A stretch of 37,328 bases of DNA, from positions 1-37,328 of the IMG/VR virus record IMGVR_UViG_3300014208_000418; one strand, 5' to 3'. Each line of letters begins with the position of its first letter. The first letter of the stretch is position 1. The position numbers and the translations under genes are program-made. This DNA is from a virus (Duplodnaviria; Caudoviricetes). Shown one piece after another: positions 25,001 to 33,503 of this stretch. The notes below the pieces were generated by a model, which ran no database searches, had not been told where the DNA came from, and saw nothing but the letters and a program-made list of their open reading frames with translations.

Positions 25001-26434
25001 TTAGCTCCATTCTCCGAGATTCCACTTGAATGCGTCCCCATGCGGACCCCACCGGTACGGCGGCGTGAACATCGAATATGTGACCGCCTCGCTGATCGTG
25101 ATGTTATCTTCCGATGTTTCGACTTCATCCAGCACCTCATCCTCGCTCACGGAGATCTCTTTGTCTTTTTCGGTCAGCAGTTTTTGCAAAAGCTGGATCA
25201 TGTCGAATGTCCGGGTACTCATCAGCCCGACGCGATGGATCAAATTGCCTTGATTCCCGAACGGCTCGATCTCGATGCGGTTGATAATGTATGCCGCATT
25301 GACCCCGCGCAGATCGCTCTGTACGGTGATCCGTTGCCCCACACGCAGCGTCGTTTGATATGTTTTGAATTCTCCCTCCGATACTGTCGCCGCATACGCA
25401 AGGATCTCCGCGCGCGCCCTCTGCCGGGCCGCCGCTTTGCTCTTGATGCTTTTATCAATGATCTTGTATTCGTATATCCCATCTGTGCCCTCGGTCGCGC
25501 TGAACGCCGCGATGCTCGATGCCGATCTGTATTTCACGATCACCGGGATCCACGGATGCCCGGACCATTGCACAACTGTGTTCACGCTCGGCTTTTTATC
25601 TTCGCGGAATTTCAGCAGCTTCTCTTGGAAATTATACAGCGCATCGTAACTGCCCGGATCGTCAATATAATCGATCCCGATGCTTTTCTGCTGTCCGGAT
25701 GTCGTCACCGCAAGATCGCTGAATTTGTACCCGGTATTGAAAATATGCGTCTGTCCGTCGGCAACGATCGATGCGGTGAACGGATCCGCTTCGTACTCGC
25801 CGCCGCGCACATAGATCGTGTTGCGTACCGGCGTGATGTCTTTCCGGATGATCAGCGAATCGTATATGTATTTCCCCCCGGTATCCGATAGCGCGAACGG
25901 CGCTGCGTTGTCGGTCTTTGCGAAAAAGTGAATGTCTTTGTTGTAGTCAATGTACCAGTCATAGTTCACCATCTCCGCGAGCTGTTTGATGCACTGGCTT
26001 ACCTGCTCGTAATTGAAAGAGATCTTTTGTATAGTCACCGGAGCATCCACGTTTGCGATCGTGATGCTCGCGTGCATATATTTTGTCCGGATGTCGGCGA
26101 TGATCGCGTTGATCGTTTGGTTCGTGTATGATTCCACTACCAAGCGCTGATCAAGATCCCTCGTATAATCTATGCAGGAGATCCGGTACTCCACCAGCTC
26201 CAGCTTGTCGTACGATTCTTCCACTCGGACGATCCTTCCGGCGAATATCCGCGTGCCATCGCCTGTGATGATCGTTTCTTCTCCCACTGTCGGCGTGTAG
26301 GTTCTGCTCCCGAATTTTTTGATTGAAAAGTACGCGGTATCCGGCTCACGCGTCAGTATTGAGCTGATGCGCAGCGTTTCCGGCATCACAAGCCGTGTTC
26401 TGTCTGTTCCTGCTATTGTTATCACTAATGTCAT
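25001..26434 (-). CDS. Baseplate hub / Tal-like tail protein (477 aa)
   Basis: Directly after the TMP; beta-rich; IFAGRI, YDWYIDYNKDIHFF, RNTIYVRG, LRVGQRI. Confidence 0.8.
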   Translation of the reverse strand: MTLVITIAGTDRTRLVMPETLRISSILTREPDTAYFSIKKFGSRTYTPTVGEETIITGDGTRIFAGRIVRVEESYDKLELVEYRISCIDYTRDLDQRLVVESYTNQTINAIIADIRTKYMHASITIANVDAPVTIQKISFNYEQVSQCIKQLAEMVNYDWYIDYNKDIHFFAKTDNAAPFALSDTGGKYIYDSLIIRKDITPVRNTIYVRGGEYEADPFTASIVADGQTHIFNTGYKFSDLAVTTSGQQKSIGIDYIDDPGSYDALYNFQEKLLKFREDKKPSVNTVVQWSGHPWIPVIVKYRSASSIAAFSATEGTDGIYEYKIIDKSIKSKAAARQRARAEILAYAATVSEGEFKTYQTTLRVGQRITVQSDLRGVNAAYIINRIEIEPFGNQGNLIHRVGLMSTRTFDMIQLLQKLLTEKDKEISVSEDEVLDEVETSEDNITISEAVTYSMFTPPYRWGPHGDAFKWNLGEWS

Positions 26435-26442
26435 GATTCATA

Positions 26443-27828
26443 TTAAAAACGTACGCCCATCCGGAGCCGTCCCATAATTGCATCCCCGACCCTCTGCGCC
26501 AGATCCTCGATATCGGTATCACGCGAAATGGTGTTGCCTGTGACATATACGTTCACGCTCGGCATCGATCCTCCCGCGCTCATGCCTCCCGCCGGCGTGA
26601 TCCTTTCACCGCCGTGGACCAGTGCAAGCTGCGGCTGTCCGATATATCCCGGCACTACGCCGCCGGTAGCGAAACCGAGCATGCTTTTTCCGAATTCGTA
26701 TGCACCGCTCACGGTACTGCCGACCGACGATGCTGCCGACTTCAATTTGTCGATAACAGCGAACACCGGATTCAGCTTGTTCATGATCCAGTCAACACCC
26801 TCCTGAAAAATGATCTTGATGCCCTGCCATGTTTCCGAAAGAAATTTTGTGATGGCATTCCACACGCTTCGTGTTTTTTCTGCGATGAGATCCCAGTGTT
26901 TGACGATCCACATGATGCCGGCGACAAGCCCTCCGATGATCGCGCCTCCAATGATGAACGGAGCAAGCGCTACCGCGGCCGCGACAAAAGACGCTATCGC
27001 CGCATACACGGCCGGGACCAATGCCCCAATGATCGCGCCGGCGACAATGTATAGAACCTCCTTGTGCTCTCCGAGAAAACGGATCACCACTTTCGTCTGC
27101 TCGATCCATTTTGGCAATGTTTCTTCAATGAATGGCGTCAGCTTCAAAAGCATCTCCGTTAATACCGGAATAAATTCGTTGCCGACAACCTCCATGAAAT
27201 TGCCCCACGTTTGGGTCAATATCTTTGTCTGCCCCTGAAATGTTTTTGAGAATGCCTCTGCTTGGCCGCCAACAGCTTTTTGCAGTTCTTCCAGCGCTTC
27301 AAGCGGCGTGGCTGCGTCTTTGATAGAGATACCGTACTGCATCAGCGCTCGTCCCTGCCCGGATAACGCAAGCGACACCAATTTGCTCGCCTCGCCAAGT
27401 TCGATATTTTTTGCGCGCGCAAGGTCCGCGGAAAGGCGGCCGAGTGTCATTGCCTGATCAACATCTTTCGTCCGCTGGAACAACAGCGCCATGCTCCGCG
27501 CCGCTTCTTCATCGTCAAAACCGAGTTTGGTGAACGCCTGCGACGCTTCGATTATTTTGCCCCGGACATCTCCGGTGCTTCCTCCGACAGCTTTCAACGT
27601 CGCATCCATCGCCGCCATCTGTGCTTCTGCTTCCGATGCTGCCTTCACCGCGAGCGCTCCGAACCCTGCAATGGCAACGCCGGCGGCACCAAGTCCGACG
27701 GCAAAACCTTTGGATGCTCCCTCGGCGTCTTTCAAGGATGCATTGACCGCTTTCGATATGCGGTCCATCTCCTTGCTCGCCTTATCAACCGCCTCGACGA
27801 CAATTTTGACGTAATTTTCTGCTGCCAT
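26443..27828 (-). CDS. Tape measure protein (461 aa)
   Basis: Ala-rich helical protein after the chaperone; AVDKAS start, TM-like segment, W-spaced repeats, FATGGVVPG...LVHGGE C-terminus. Confidence 0.92.
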   Translation of the reverse strand: MAAENYVKIVVEAVDKASKEMDRISKAVNASLKDAEGASKGFAVGLGAAGVAIAGFGALAVKAASEAEAQMAAMDATLKAVGGSTGDVRGKIIEASQAFTKLGFDDEEAARSMALLFQRTKDVDQAMTLGRLSADLARAKNIELGEASKLVSLALSGQGRALMQYGISIKDAATPLEALEELQKAVGGQAEAFSKTFQGQTKILTQTWGNFMEVVGNEFIPVLTEMLLKLTPFIEETLPKWIEQTKVVIRFLGEHKEVLYIVAGAIIGALVPAVYAAIASFVAAAVALAPFIIGGAIIGGLVAGIMWIVKHWDLIAEKTRSVWNAITKFLSETWQGIKIIFQEGVDWIMNKLNPVFAVIDKLKSAASSVGSTVSGAYEFGKSMLGFATGGVVPGYIGQPQLALVHGGERITPAGGMSAGGSMPSVNVYVTGNTISRDTDIEDLAQRVGDAIMGRLRMGVRF

Positions 27829-27832
27829 ATTT

Positions 27833-28317
27833 TTATCTCATCGCCTTGTCGCGCTCTCGCTCCATAGCACGCTCCCGGCGATTTATTTCCTCCACCAACT
27901 GCTGAATGAATTCCCACCGCTGATTCAAAAAATCATCTTCAGTCCAGCGCATCTCGATGCACAGCGCGATCTTTAGCTCCTCGAACCTTCCTTGTTTGGT
28001 TGTGTTGGTGCCAAAAAACTTGCGCCTCCTTTCAACTGCTTCACGATCTCCATTGCATCATCCACTTCCAGCTTGCTAATGTTCTCCTCGTTGATCGGAA
28101 GGATCTCTCCTTTTTCGTCGGTCAAATTCCATGCAACGATGATCACCGACAGGATCGGAACGAATTGCTTTTTTGCGCTGTCCTCGTTATAGCAACCCTT
28201 CTCCATAAGCAACTGAACGTCTTTTGCAAGGATCGAATTGCGCACAGTCACTTTCGATCCGGGAATGCCCGGCAATTCAAGTTCGATAGTTCTATTTTCG
28301 TATTTTAATTCCGGCAT
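27833..28317 (-). CDS. Tail assembly chaperone gpG (27973-28317) and -1 frameshift product gpGT (to 27833)
   Basis: Slippery T-TTT-TTG at 28018-28012; the -1 frame continues FGTNTTKQGRFEELKIALCIEMRWTEDDFLNQRWEFIQQL...AMR* and ends 4 nt before the TMP. Confidence 0.85.
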
Positions 28318-28330
28318 GTTTTTATGGTGT

Positions 28331-28358
28331 CCGGAGCGGCCCGGTCAGGCCGCTCCGG
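28331..28358. other. Perfect 11-bp GC hairpin after the tail tube gene
   Basis: CCGGAGCGGCC-cggtca-GGCCGCTCCGG; no U-tract on minus, so more likely an mRNA stabiliser than a terminator. Confidence 0.75.
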
Positions 28359-28366
28359 GTCAGTTA

Positions 28367-29338
28367 CTAATAAGATGCTGTTTCGTTCACCACGAATGTC
28401 GCGGTGCCGATCAGCTTGGTATTCGCCACGTCATACAACGCGGTAAATTGGATCTCCTGCGACGTGATCTCGTCCAGCGGATGCGACGGCTCCCAATCGT
28501 GGAAGTCAACTACCGGAAGATCTATCTGAATCGTCGGATTCGTTGTTCCGATCGTAACGCCGGAATTCGCCAGCGTGATGCGCAGTGCTTTCTTGGTGCC
28601 ATTGAGCATGTAGTCCCGATAGGTTCGGTCCTCATGCGTCAGCTTGAGCGTTCCCGAGATGGTGAATTTCCTATTGAGAATATCCACCGGATCCACCGTG
28701 CCAAGCGCCGGTTCGCGCACCACGTTCTTTGCGATGCGGATCCTCAATTCCTGCACGTTGATCTTGGCGGCCGCGTCGAGCGATGATTCATCAGCGGCGA
28801 CCTTCACCGTCAAATGCCGCCCGCTGAATTTATTCTGCGCGGTGTACGATGGCGTTTGCGCGGTGAAATCTTTGTGTGCCTTTGCGATGAAGCCAAATGT
28901 TGCCTTCACGATCTCATCCGGCACAACGCGGAGATCGAAGCTGTTCACCATCGCCATGCGGTACACCAGCGTTCCCACCGGATCCCGGAGCCACAATGAA
29001 AGCGATGTCTGTTGCACGCTGTTCTGCAGGGTCAACGTGTGCTTGTACGCACTATTGAACGATGCGGATGTCAGCGTTCCAAACAGCGCATAGAACAGAA
29101 GCCCGGTGATCTTGTCCTGCAATTCAACTTCCAGCTCGCCCTCGGCCCACCGCTGCGCGACAAGCGCATCGTCGCCCCCGGCGAGTACGCCGTAATTGCC
29201 ATCGAACCGTGCTTTGATCGCCCGGTCCTCGACGGCGAAGTTCACTTTCGGCACCCAAAACGTCGGGACAACCTGCGTCCCGCGCGTTGCCTCTTTAGCG
29301 ATCCCGACCTCCTGTTGCCTTCCGATAAATTTACTCAT
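28367..29338 (-). CDS. Major tail tube protein (323 aa)
   Basis: VGIAKEATRG start, YKHT, ISGTLKL; position between terminator protein and chaperone. Confidence 0.88.
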   Translation of the reverse strand: MSKFIGRQQEVGIAKEATRGTQVVPTFWVPKVNFAVEDRAIKARFDGNYGVLAGGDDALVAQRWAEGELEVELQDKITGLLFYALFGTLTSASFNSAYKHTLTLQNSVQQTSLSLWLRDPVGTLVYRMAMVNSFDLRVVPDEIVKATFGFIAKAHKDFTAQTPSYTAQNKFSGRHLTVKVAADESSLDAAAKINVQELRIRIAKNVVREPALGTVDPVDILNRKFTISGTLKLTHEDRTYRDYMLNGTKKALRITLANSGVTIGTTNPTIQIDLPVVDFHDWEPSHPLDEITSQEIQFTALYDVANTKLIGTATFVVNETASY

Positions 29339-29373
29339 AAGTTTGTTTTTTGGCCTTTGGCCTTAATGATTTT

Positions 29374-29799
29374 TTATGTCAAAGAAAAATCTTTTGTCAC
29401 TCTGACGGTCAGCTCTGCGATGCGGAATTCTTTCTCGCGGTTTATATATCCGAATTGCCAGTCCACCGGCTCGATCTTCTGCACGTTCCCGGAAAGATAC
29501 TCATCGTTATCGAATGCATTCACCAAAGAATCGACCGCCGCTTGCATGGCAGTTTCCGTCGCTGCACTACCACGGCTTTTTCGTTCATATAAGAGCCGGA
29601 CCGAAAAGACATACTCTCTGCGATTTTCTCCGGTCGTTGCCCTGCTGTTTTCGCCGGAAGCGGGTATGATCATGGCCGCAGGATCCTGCACCAACAAATC
29701 GATCTCCGGCTCGTACTCAAAAACACTCGCCGCCTCAAAGTCCGTTTCTGCCACGATGATCGTTTTCAAAAGCGCTGAAATTGTTGCTGTCTGCCCCAT
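29374..29799 (-). CDS. Tail terminator / completion protein (141 aa)
   Basis: Size, position and acidic alpha/beta pattern. Confidence 0.7.
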   Translation of the reverse strand: MGQTATISALLKTIIVAETDFEAASVFEYEPEIDLLVQDPAAMIIPASGENSRATTGENRREYVFSVRLLYERKSRGSAATETAMQAAVDSLVNAFDNDEYLSGNVQKIEPVDWQFGYINREKEFRIAELTVRVTKDFSLT

Positions 29800-29800
29800 G

Positions 29801-30166
29801 TTATATTCCGCTCAATGCTTGTTTCCAAATTCCTTCCAGCTTACTCTCCGCGCGCTTTATCCCTTCGACAAGGAATGGCCGCGGCCGCATAGTTTTGTTT
29901 CCTTCGTGCACATATATCCCATAAAAAACGTCCGGATATAGCGTTGCCTTGAATTTGCTCATTTCTTTGACCGTAGTCCTGCTCCGGAGCAATCCTGTGC
30001 GTATCGCGCGCGTCCATCCTGTCGTCAGTGCATCCTTGCTGGCCGCCTCAAGAGCGAATGCGCTTGCTCTGATCGCCTCCCCGATCATGGTCCCGATCCT
30101 TCCGGGCATCTTTTGAAATGCAGCGCGCAATCGGTCGGCATTTTCAATTTTTATTTCGAGCTGCAT
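29801..30166 (-). CDS. HK97 gp10-like tail completion protein (121 aa)
   Basis: IRTGLLRS, YGIYVHEG..TMRPRPFL. Confidence 0.88.
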   Translation of the reverse strand: MQLEIKIENADRLRAAFQKMPGRIGTMIGEAIRASAFALEAASKDALTTGWTRAIRTGLLRSRTTVKEMSKFKATLYPDVFYGIYVHEGNKTMRPRPFLVEGIKRAESKLEGIWKQALSGI

Positions 30167-30167
30167 A

Positions 30168-30473
30168 TTATGACGCTTTGTTCAACAATAATTCTTGATA
30201 AGGATACGCTCCGAATTCCCGGGTAGTGACCTCCGAAACCATGTATACAACCCCATTCCTATCTTGGCATCGATCGCCCTTTTGCACGGTGATGTTCGAT
30301 TCGATGTAGGCGATATATGTCTTGCCGAACACTCCGACATCAACCTGTCCGCGATCGCGCCCAAGCGGCTGAATGTCAGCTTCCGCTGTTGCCGTTGCGA
30401 CATAATTACGGATGTTCCCGCTGGTCGTCTTGAGCCGGGATATTTTGAGCATATTGTCATGAAATTGGCGCAT
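30168..30473 (-). CDS. Head closure (stopper) protein (101 aa)
   Basis: ADIQP, VQKGDR...YMV; position after the adaptor. Confidence 0.78.
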   Translation of the reverse strand: MRQFHDNMLKISRLKTTSGNIRNYVATATAEADIQPLGRDRGQVDVGVFGKTYIAYIESNITVQKGDRCQDRNGVVYMVSEVTTREFGAYPYQELLLNKAS

Positions 30474-30476
30474 ATT

Positions 30477-31100
30477 TTAGAACACATACCTTTTATATTT
30501 TGCCAACAGCTCTTTGACCTCCGGATCCTTCATCATCACCCCCTTCATGGTCACGGACATATCGCCCTGCGACGTGCTGCTGAACCCTTCCGATCTGCGC
30601 GTGTTGAACATTGCCGATACCAGCTTCAAACATACATATTCGAGATCCTCCGGGAGCGTATGTAGTGATATATCGTTCTCATTATCGAAATCCACCTTGT
30701 ATCCGGCCGTATAGATGGCCCGATATTTTTTTCCAACATCCGAGAATTTGCCGATCAGATTTTGCACCCGGCCGTCCTCATACCACCGGTACTCATCATC
30801 GGCGTCATACGCATACCAACTGTCCACGTTGTCGTTTGCCGCCCGGTACGAGAATGAAGCAACCGCAGTGACCGGATAATTTTTCAGCGTCAGCTCCGCG
30901 GTCCCCTTGCCATCGAGATATTCGGTATGGGATTGCGACAACAGGTTCCTTCCGGTATGTTGTTCGATCATCCGGGTCGCGTGGTTGATCGCCATGATCA
31001 GCATGCCGTCATAGGTATCCGAAAAAGGACCGAACCACGTCTTTGCTCTTGCAAGCGTGGTCAGTCCCTTCCGCGCTGTATTGTTCAAAATTGTTGGCAT
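30477..31100 (-). CDS. Head-tail adaptor (gp6/gp15-like, 207 aa)
   Basis: LTTLARAK, IEQHTGR, YPV, YTAGY, LPEDLEYVCL, LLAKYKR. Confidence 0.9.
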   Translation of the reverse strand: MPTILNNTARKGLTTLARAKTWFGPFSDTYDGMLIMAINHATRMIEQHTGRNLLSQSHTEYLDGKGTAELTLKNYPVTAVASFSYRAANDNVDSWYAYDADDEYRWYEDGRVQNLIGKFSDVGKKYRAIYTAGYKVDFDNENDISLHTLPEDLEYVCLKLVSAMFNTRRSEGFSSTSQGDMSVTMKGVMMKDPEVKELLAKYKRYVF

Positions 31101-31122
31101 ATCTTTTTTTGTTCGTTTGATC

Positions 31123-31174
31123 CCCGGTGCGTTGATGCCGTGGTCGGTTCGGCAACAGCATCAGCGCACGCGGG
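31123..31174. other. Long imperfect hairpin after the major capsid gene
   Basis: gtgcgttgatgccgtggtcg-gtt-cggcaacagcatcagcgcac, about a 20-bp stem. Confidence 0.7.
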
Positions 31175-31202
31175 CATAAAGCGAGCACTCACCGATCGAT
31201 TT

Positions 31203-32450
31203 TTAATCGATGCCGGCGTTGGTAAGTGTGCGGAATGCGTTTGTCAGTGCAACCTTGCCATCAATACGTTCAGTCACTTTGATGGCAACCTGATGCTTCT
31301 CGAAGGTGCCAGCACCTTCGGTCGTCGATTCAACGGAGATCTGCTCACGATCGAACAGATAATACTGCTTGAGATCTGCGAAGATCAGCGTATCAAGCGG
31401 CACATCGTTCTGTTCGTGCAGCTTATATCCGACCAATGTCGGGGGATCACCAGCTTCAAGACCGGCCCGGAGCAAGAATTGTCCGGTCGTGGTGTCTTGA
31501 ATAGCGGAGATCGCGCCCAGCGAAGTAGAATTGACGAGCCATCGTGCACTTCTGCGGTATGCCTGTCCCAGTTTGTACGGCAACTTTTTGATGTTCGGCG
31601 CGAGATTCGCGTCGACATTTGCGTTGTCGATACCGGTCAAGGTTTCCTGCAAGATGCCTTTTGGCTGTCCGGATCCGGACCCATTGATGATCACCCGATC
31701 TTCCTCCCTGCCGATGGCCTCGATGAACAGCCGTGTTATGAGCTGAACAATTCCGATGGCGCTATCAGCAACAAGTTCGCGTGACGTATAGAGCAGCGTG
31801 TTCAAACGGCTGATCGAATAGGTCAACGTGCCGAATCGAGCGGTTGTGGTCGAGATCGACGTGTTCTCCGAACCCCACGACGTTTTCACGCCGGAGGCAA
31901 GCGTCGGAAGTTCGCCGCTGTTGGATCCCACCGGGATCACAGTGACAAGATTCCGAAGGATCGGTTCGTCTTGTAAATCTTCAACCAACTGCGCGCGGAA
32001 TTCGGTAGGAGTAAGATATCCACCTGCGCCGTCAGTGCCCTCTGCGAGTGCCTTGACGACTTTCAGATGTTCGGGATCCTTGTCGATCGCAAACGCAACA
32101 AGGTGCTTGAAAAAGTAAGCGACTTTCGCTTTCTTCAAAAAGTCCTCCTGCTTCGCCACCGGCAAAGCATCGTGCGTCTTTGTGTCGACTTCGTTGAGAA
32201 TGGATTTTGTGAATGCGATCTTGTCGCCAAAATTCGCATCTTTAGGAACGATCCCCGCTTCCGGGGCCTTTCCGAAACCCATCTCTTTCAACGTCGCTTT
32301 GGTGCGTTCCTCAACGACAGCGCCAACATTGTCGAGCAATGATTTAAGCGCGTCTGCTTGATTCATCTCCACCAACTGCGAACCGTCAACAGGACAGAAT
32401 CCTTTGTCCTCTGCGGAATGGTTGCACTTTTCACATTTGAATTTTTTCAT
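31203..32450 (-). CDS. HK97-fold major capsid protein (415 aa)
   Basis: Start MKKFKC at 32450; KALAEGTDGAGGYLTPTEF, SRELVADS, INGSGSGQPKGIL, IFADLKQY, ERIDGKV. Confidence 0.96.
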   Translation of the reverse strand: MKKFKCEKCNHSAEDKGFCPVDGSQLVEMNQADALKSLLDNVGAVVEERTKATLKEMGFGKAPEAGIVPKDANFGDKIAFTKSILNEVDTKTHDALPVAKQEDFLKKAKVAYFFKHLVAFAIDKDPEHLKVVKALAEGTDGAGGYLTPTEFRAQLVEDLQDEPILRNLVTVIPVGSNSGELPTLASGVKTSWGSENTSISTTTARFGTLTYSISRLNTLLYTSRELVADSAIGIVQLITRLFIEAIGREEDRVIINGSGSGQPKGILQETLTGIDNANVDANLAPNIKKLPYKLGQAYRRSARWLVNSTSLGAISAIQDTTTGQFLLRAGLEAGDPPTLVGYKLHEQNDVPLDTLIFADLKQYYLFDREQISVESTTEGAGTFEKHQVAIKVTERIDGKVALTNAFRTLTNAGID

Positions 32451-32478
32451 GTGAAAATTTTCCTTAATGATGTTGTGG

Positions 32479-33372
32479 TTATTCGCCGCGGGCAGTTCGC
32501 TCTGCGGCCTTATAGGCATGCAGTGCGATGCCGACGTGGCGATCCACTATTTGCAGCAGACGTTTCGTGTCGCCCTTGATAAAGGCGGCCATTACTTCGT
32601 CGCTTGGAACGACCTTTTCCGATCCCGAACGATCGGAACCATCGGTACCGGCTTTTCCGGCGATGGATTTTTCAACTTGTTCGATCTTCTCGCGCAGCTC
32701 CCTGATCTGCTCATCAACCGCCTTCCCATCCTCTTTTGCTTTCTTCGGCTGGCACGTCATAGTGCCGTCGTCGTCCGGATGCATCTCTCCCATCGTTCCG
32801 TCCTCCATCTCACACTCGTCACCTTCTTCCGGAACCTTGATGTTTTCTGTGATCTCCTTTTTCAGATCATCGCTGATGTTCATCCCGCGCATCAAAACGG
32901 TCGCCCGGGGATTCGCCGGCACCGGCACCGCGGATATCTCAAGCAACTCTGCCTTGTCGTATACGAGAACAGTTTTGCCGGCGCGATCTTCAAAGTGCCA
33001 CTCCCGGGGAATAAAGCCGACGCTGAACGCATTCAAAAATCCGTCGCGGTATAGCTCGAAGATCTCTTTTGCGAATGCGGATATCTTTGTGGCGAATTCC
33101 GCTTTGAAAGTGACCCTGTTCCCATCCCGCTGTAACTCCAGCGCTTTAGCCACCGGCGGCACGTCGTATTTGTGCGCCCACGGAATAACCGGATTTTTCA
33201 AAAAGTTCGTGAAGTCCCACCCATCGGAGTTGATCACTTCACCATCCCGGTCAATGCCGGAATCTGTCGCAACGGCAAGGGACAAAATCCCCTCTGCGTC
33301 ACCCGCCTTCTCGATCTTCTCGATGATGGCCTTGAAAAATGTTTTTTCCTGCTTGACCTCTCTTTTTTTCAT
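32479..33372 (-). CDS. HK97-family prohead protease (297 aa)
   Basis: DRDGEVI, KNPVIPWAH, AFSVGFIP, ELLEISAVPVPANP. Confidence 0.95.
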   Translation of the reverse strand: MKKREVKQEKTFFKAIIEKIEKAGDAEGILSLAVATDSGIDRDGEVINSDGWDFTNFLKNPVIPWAHKYDVPPVAKALELQRDGNRVTFKAEFATKISAFAKEIFELYRDGFLNAFSVGFIPREWHFEDRAGKTVLVYDKAELLEISAVPVPANPRATVLMRGMNISDDLKKEITENIKVPEEGDECEMEDGTMGEMHPDDDGTMTCQPKKAKEDGKAVDEQIRELREKIEQVEKSIAGKAGTDGSDRSGSEKVVPSDEVMAAFIKGDTKRLLQIVDRHVGIALHAYKAAERTARGE

Positions 33373-33398
33373 GTGTTTGTCTTAATTTTTTATTTGAT

Positions 33399-33503
33399 AT
33401 GCGCTTGAGTGGACGCTTGATATCCTGCACTCGGCTTTTGCGGCCGCTCGCCGCATGGCCGGAACCGGTGTGATGCAGGAATCAAACGGCCGCTCCAGCG
33501 CAT
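33399..33503 (-). ncRNA. Candidate structured RNA element between portal-MuF and protease
   Basis: About 30-bp imperfect outer stem (33399-33429 with 33474-33503) enclosing nested CGGC/GCCG and TGCGGC/GCCGCA stems. Confidence 0.5.
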
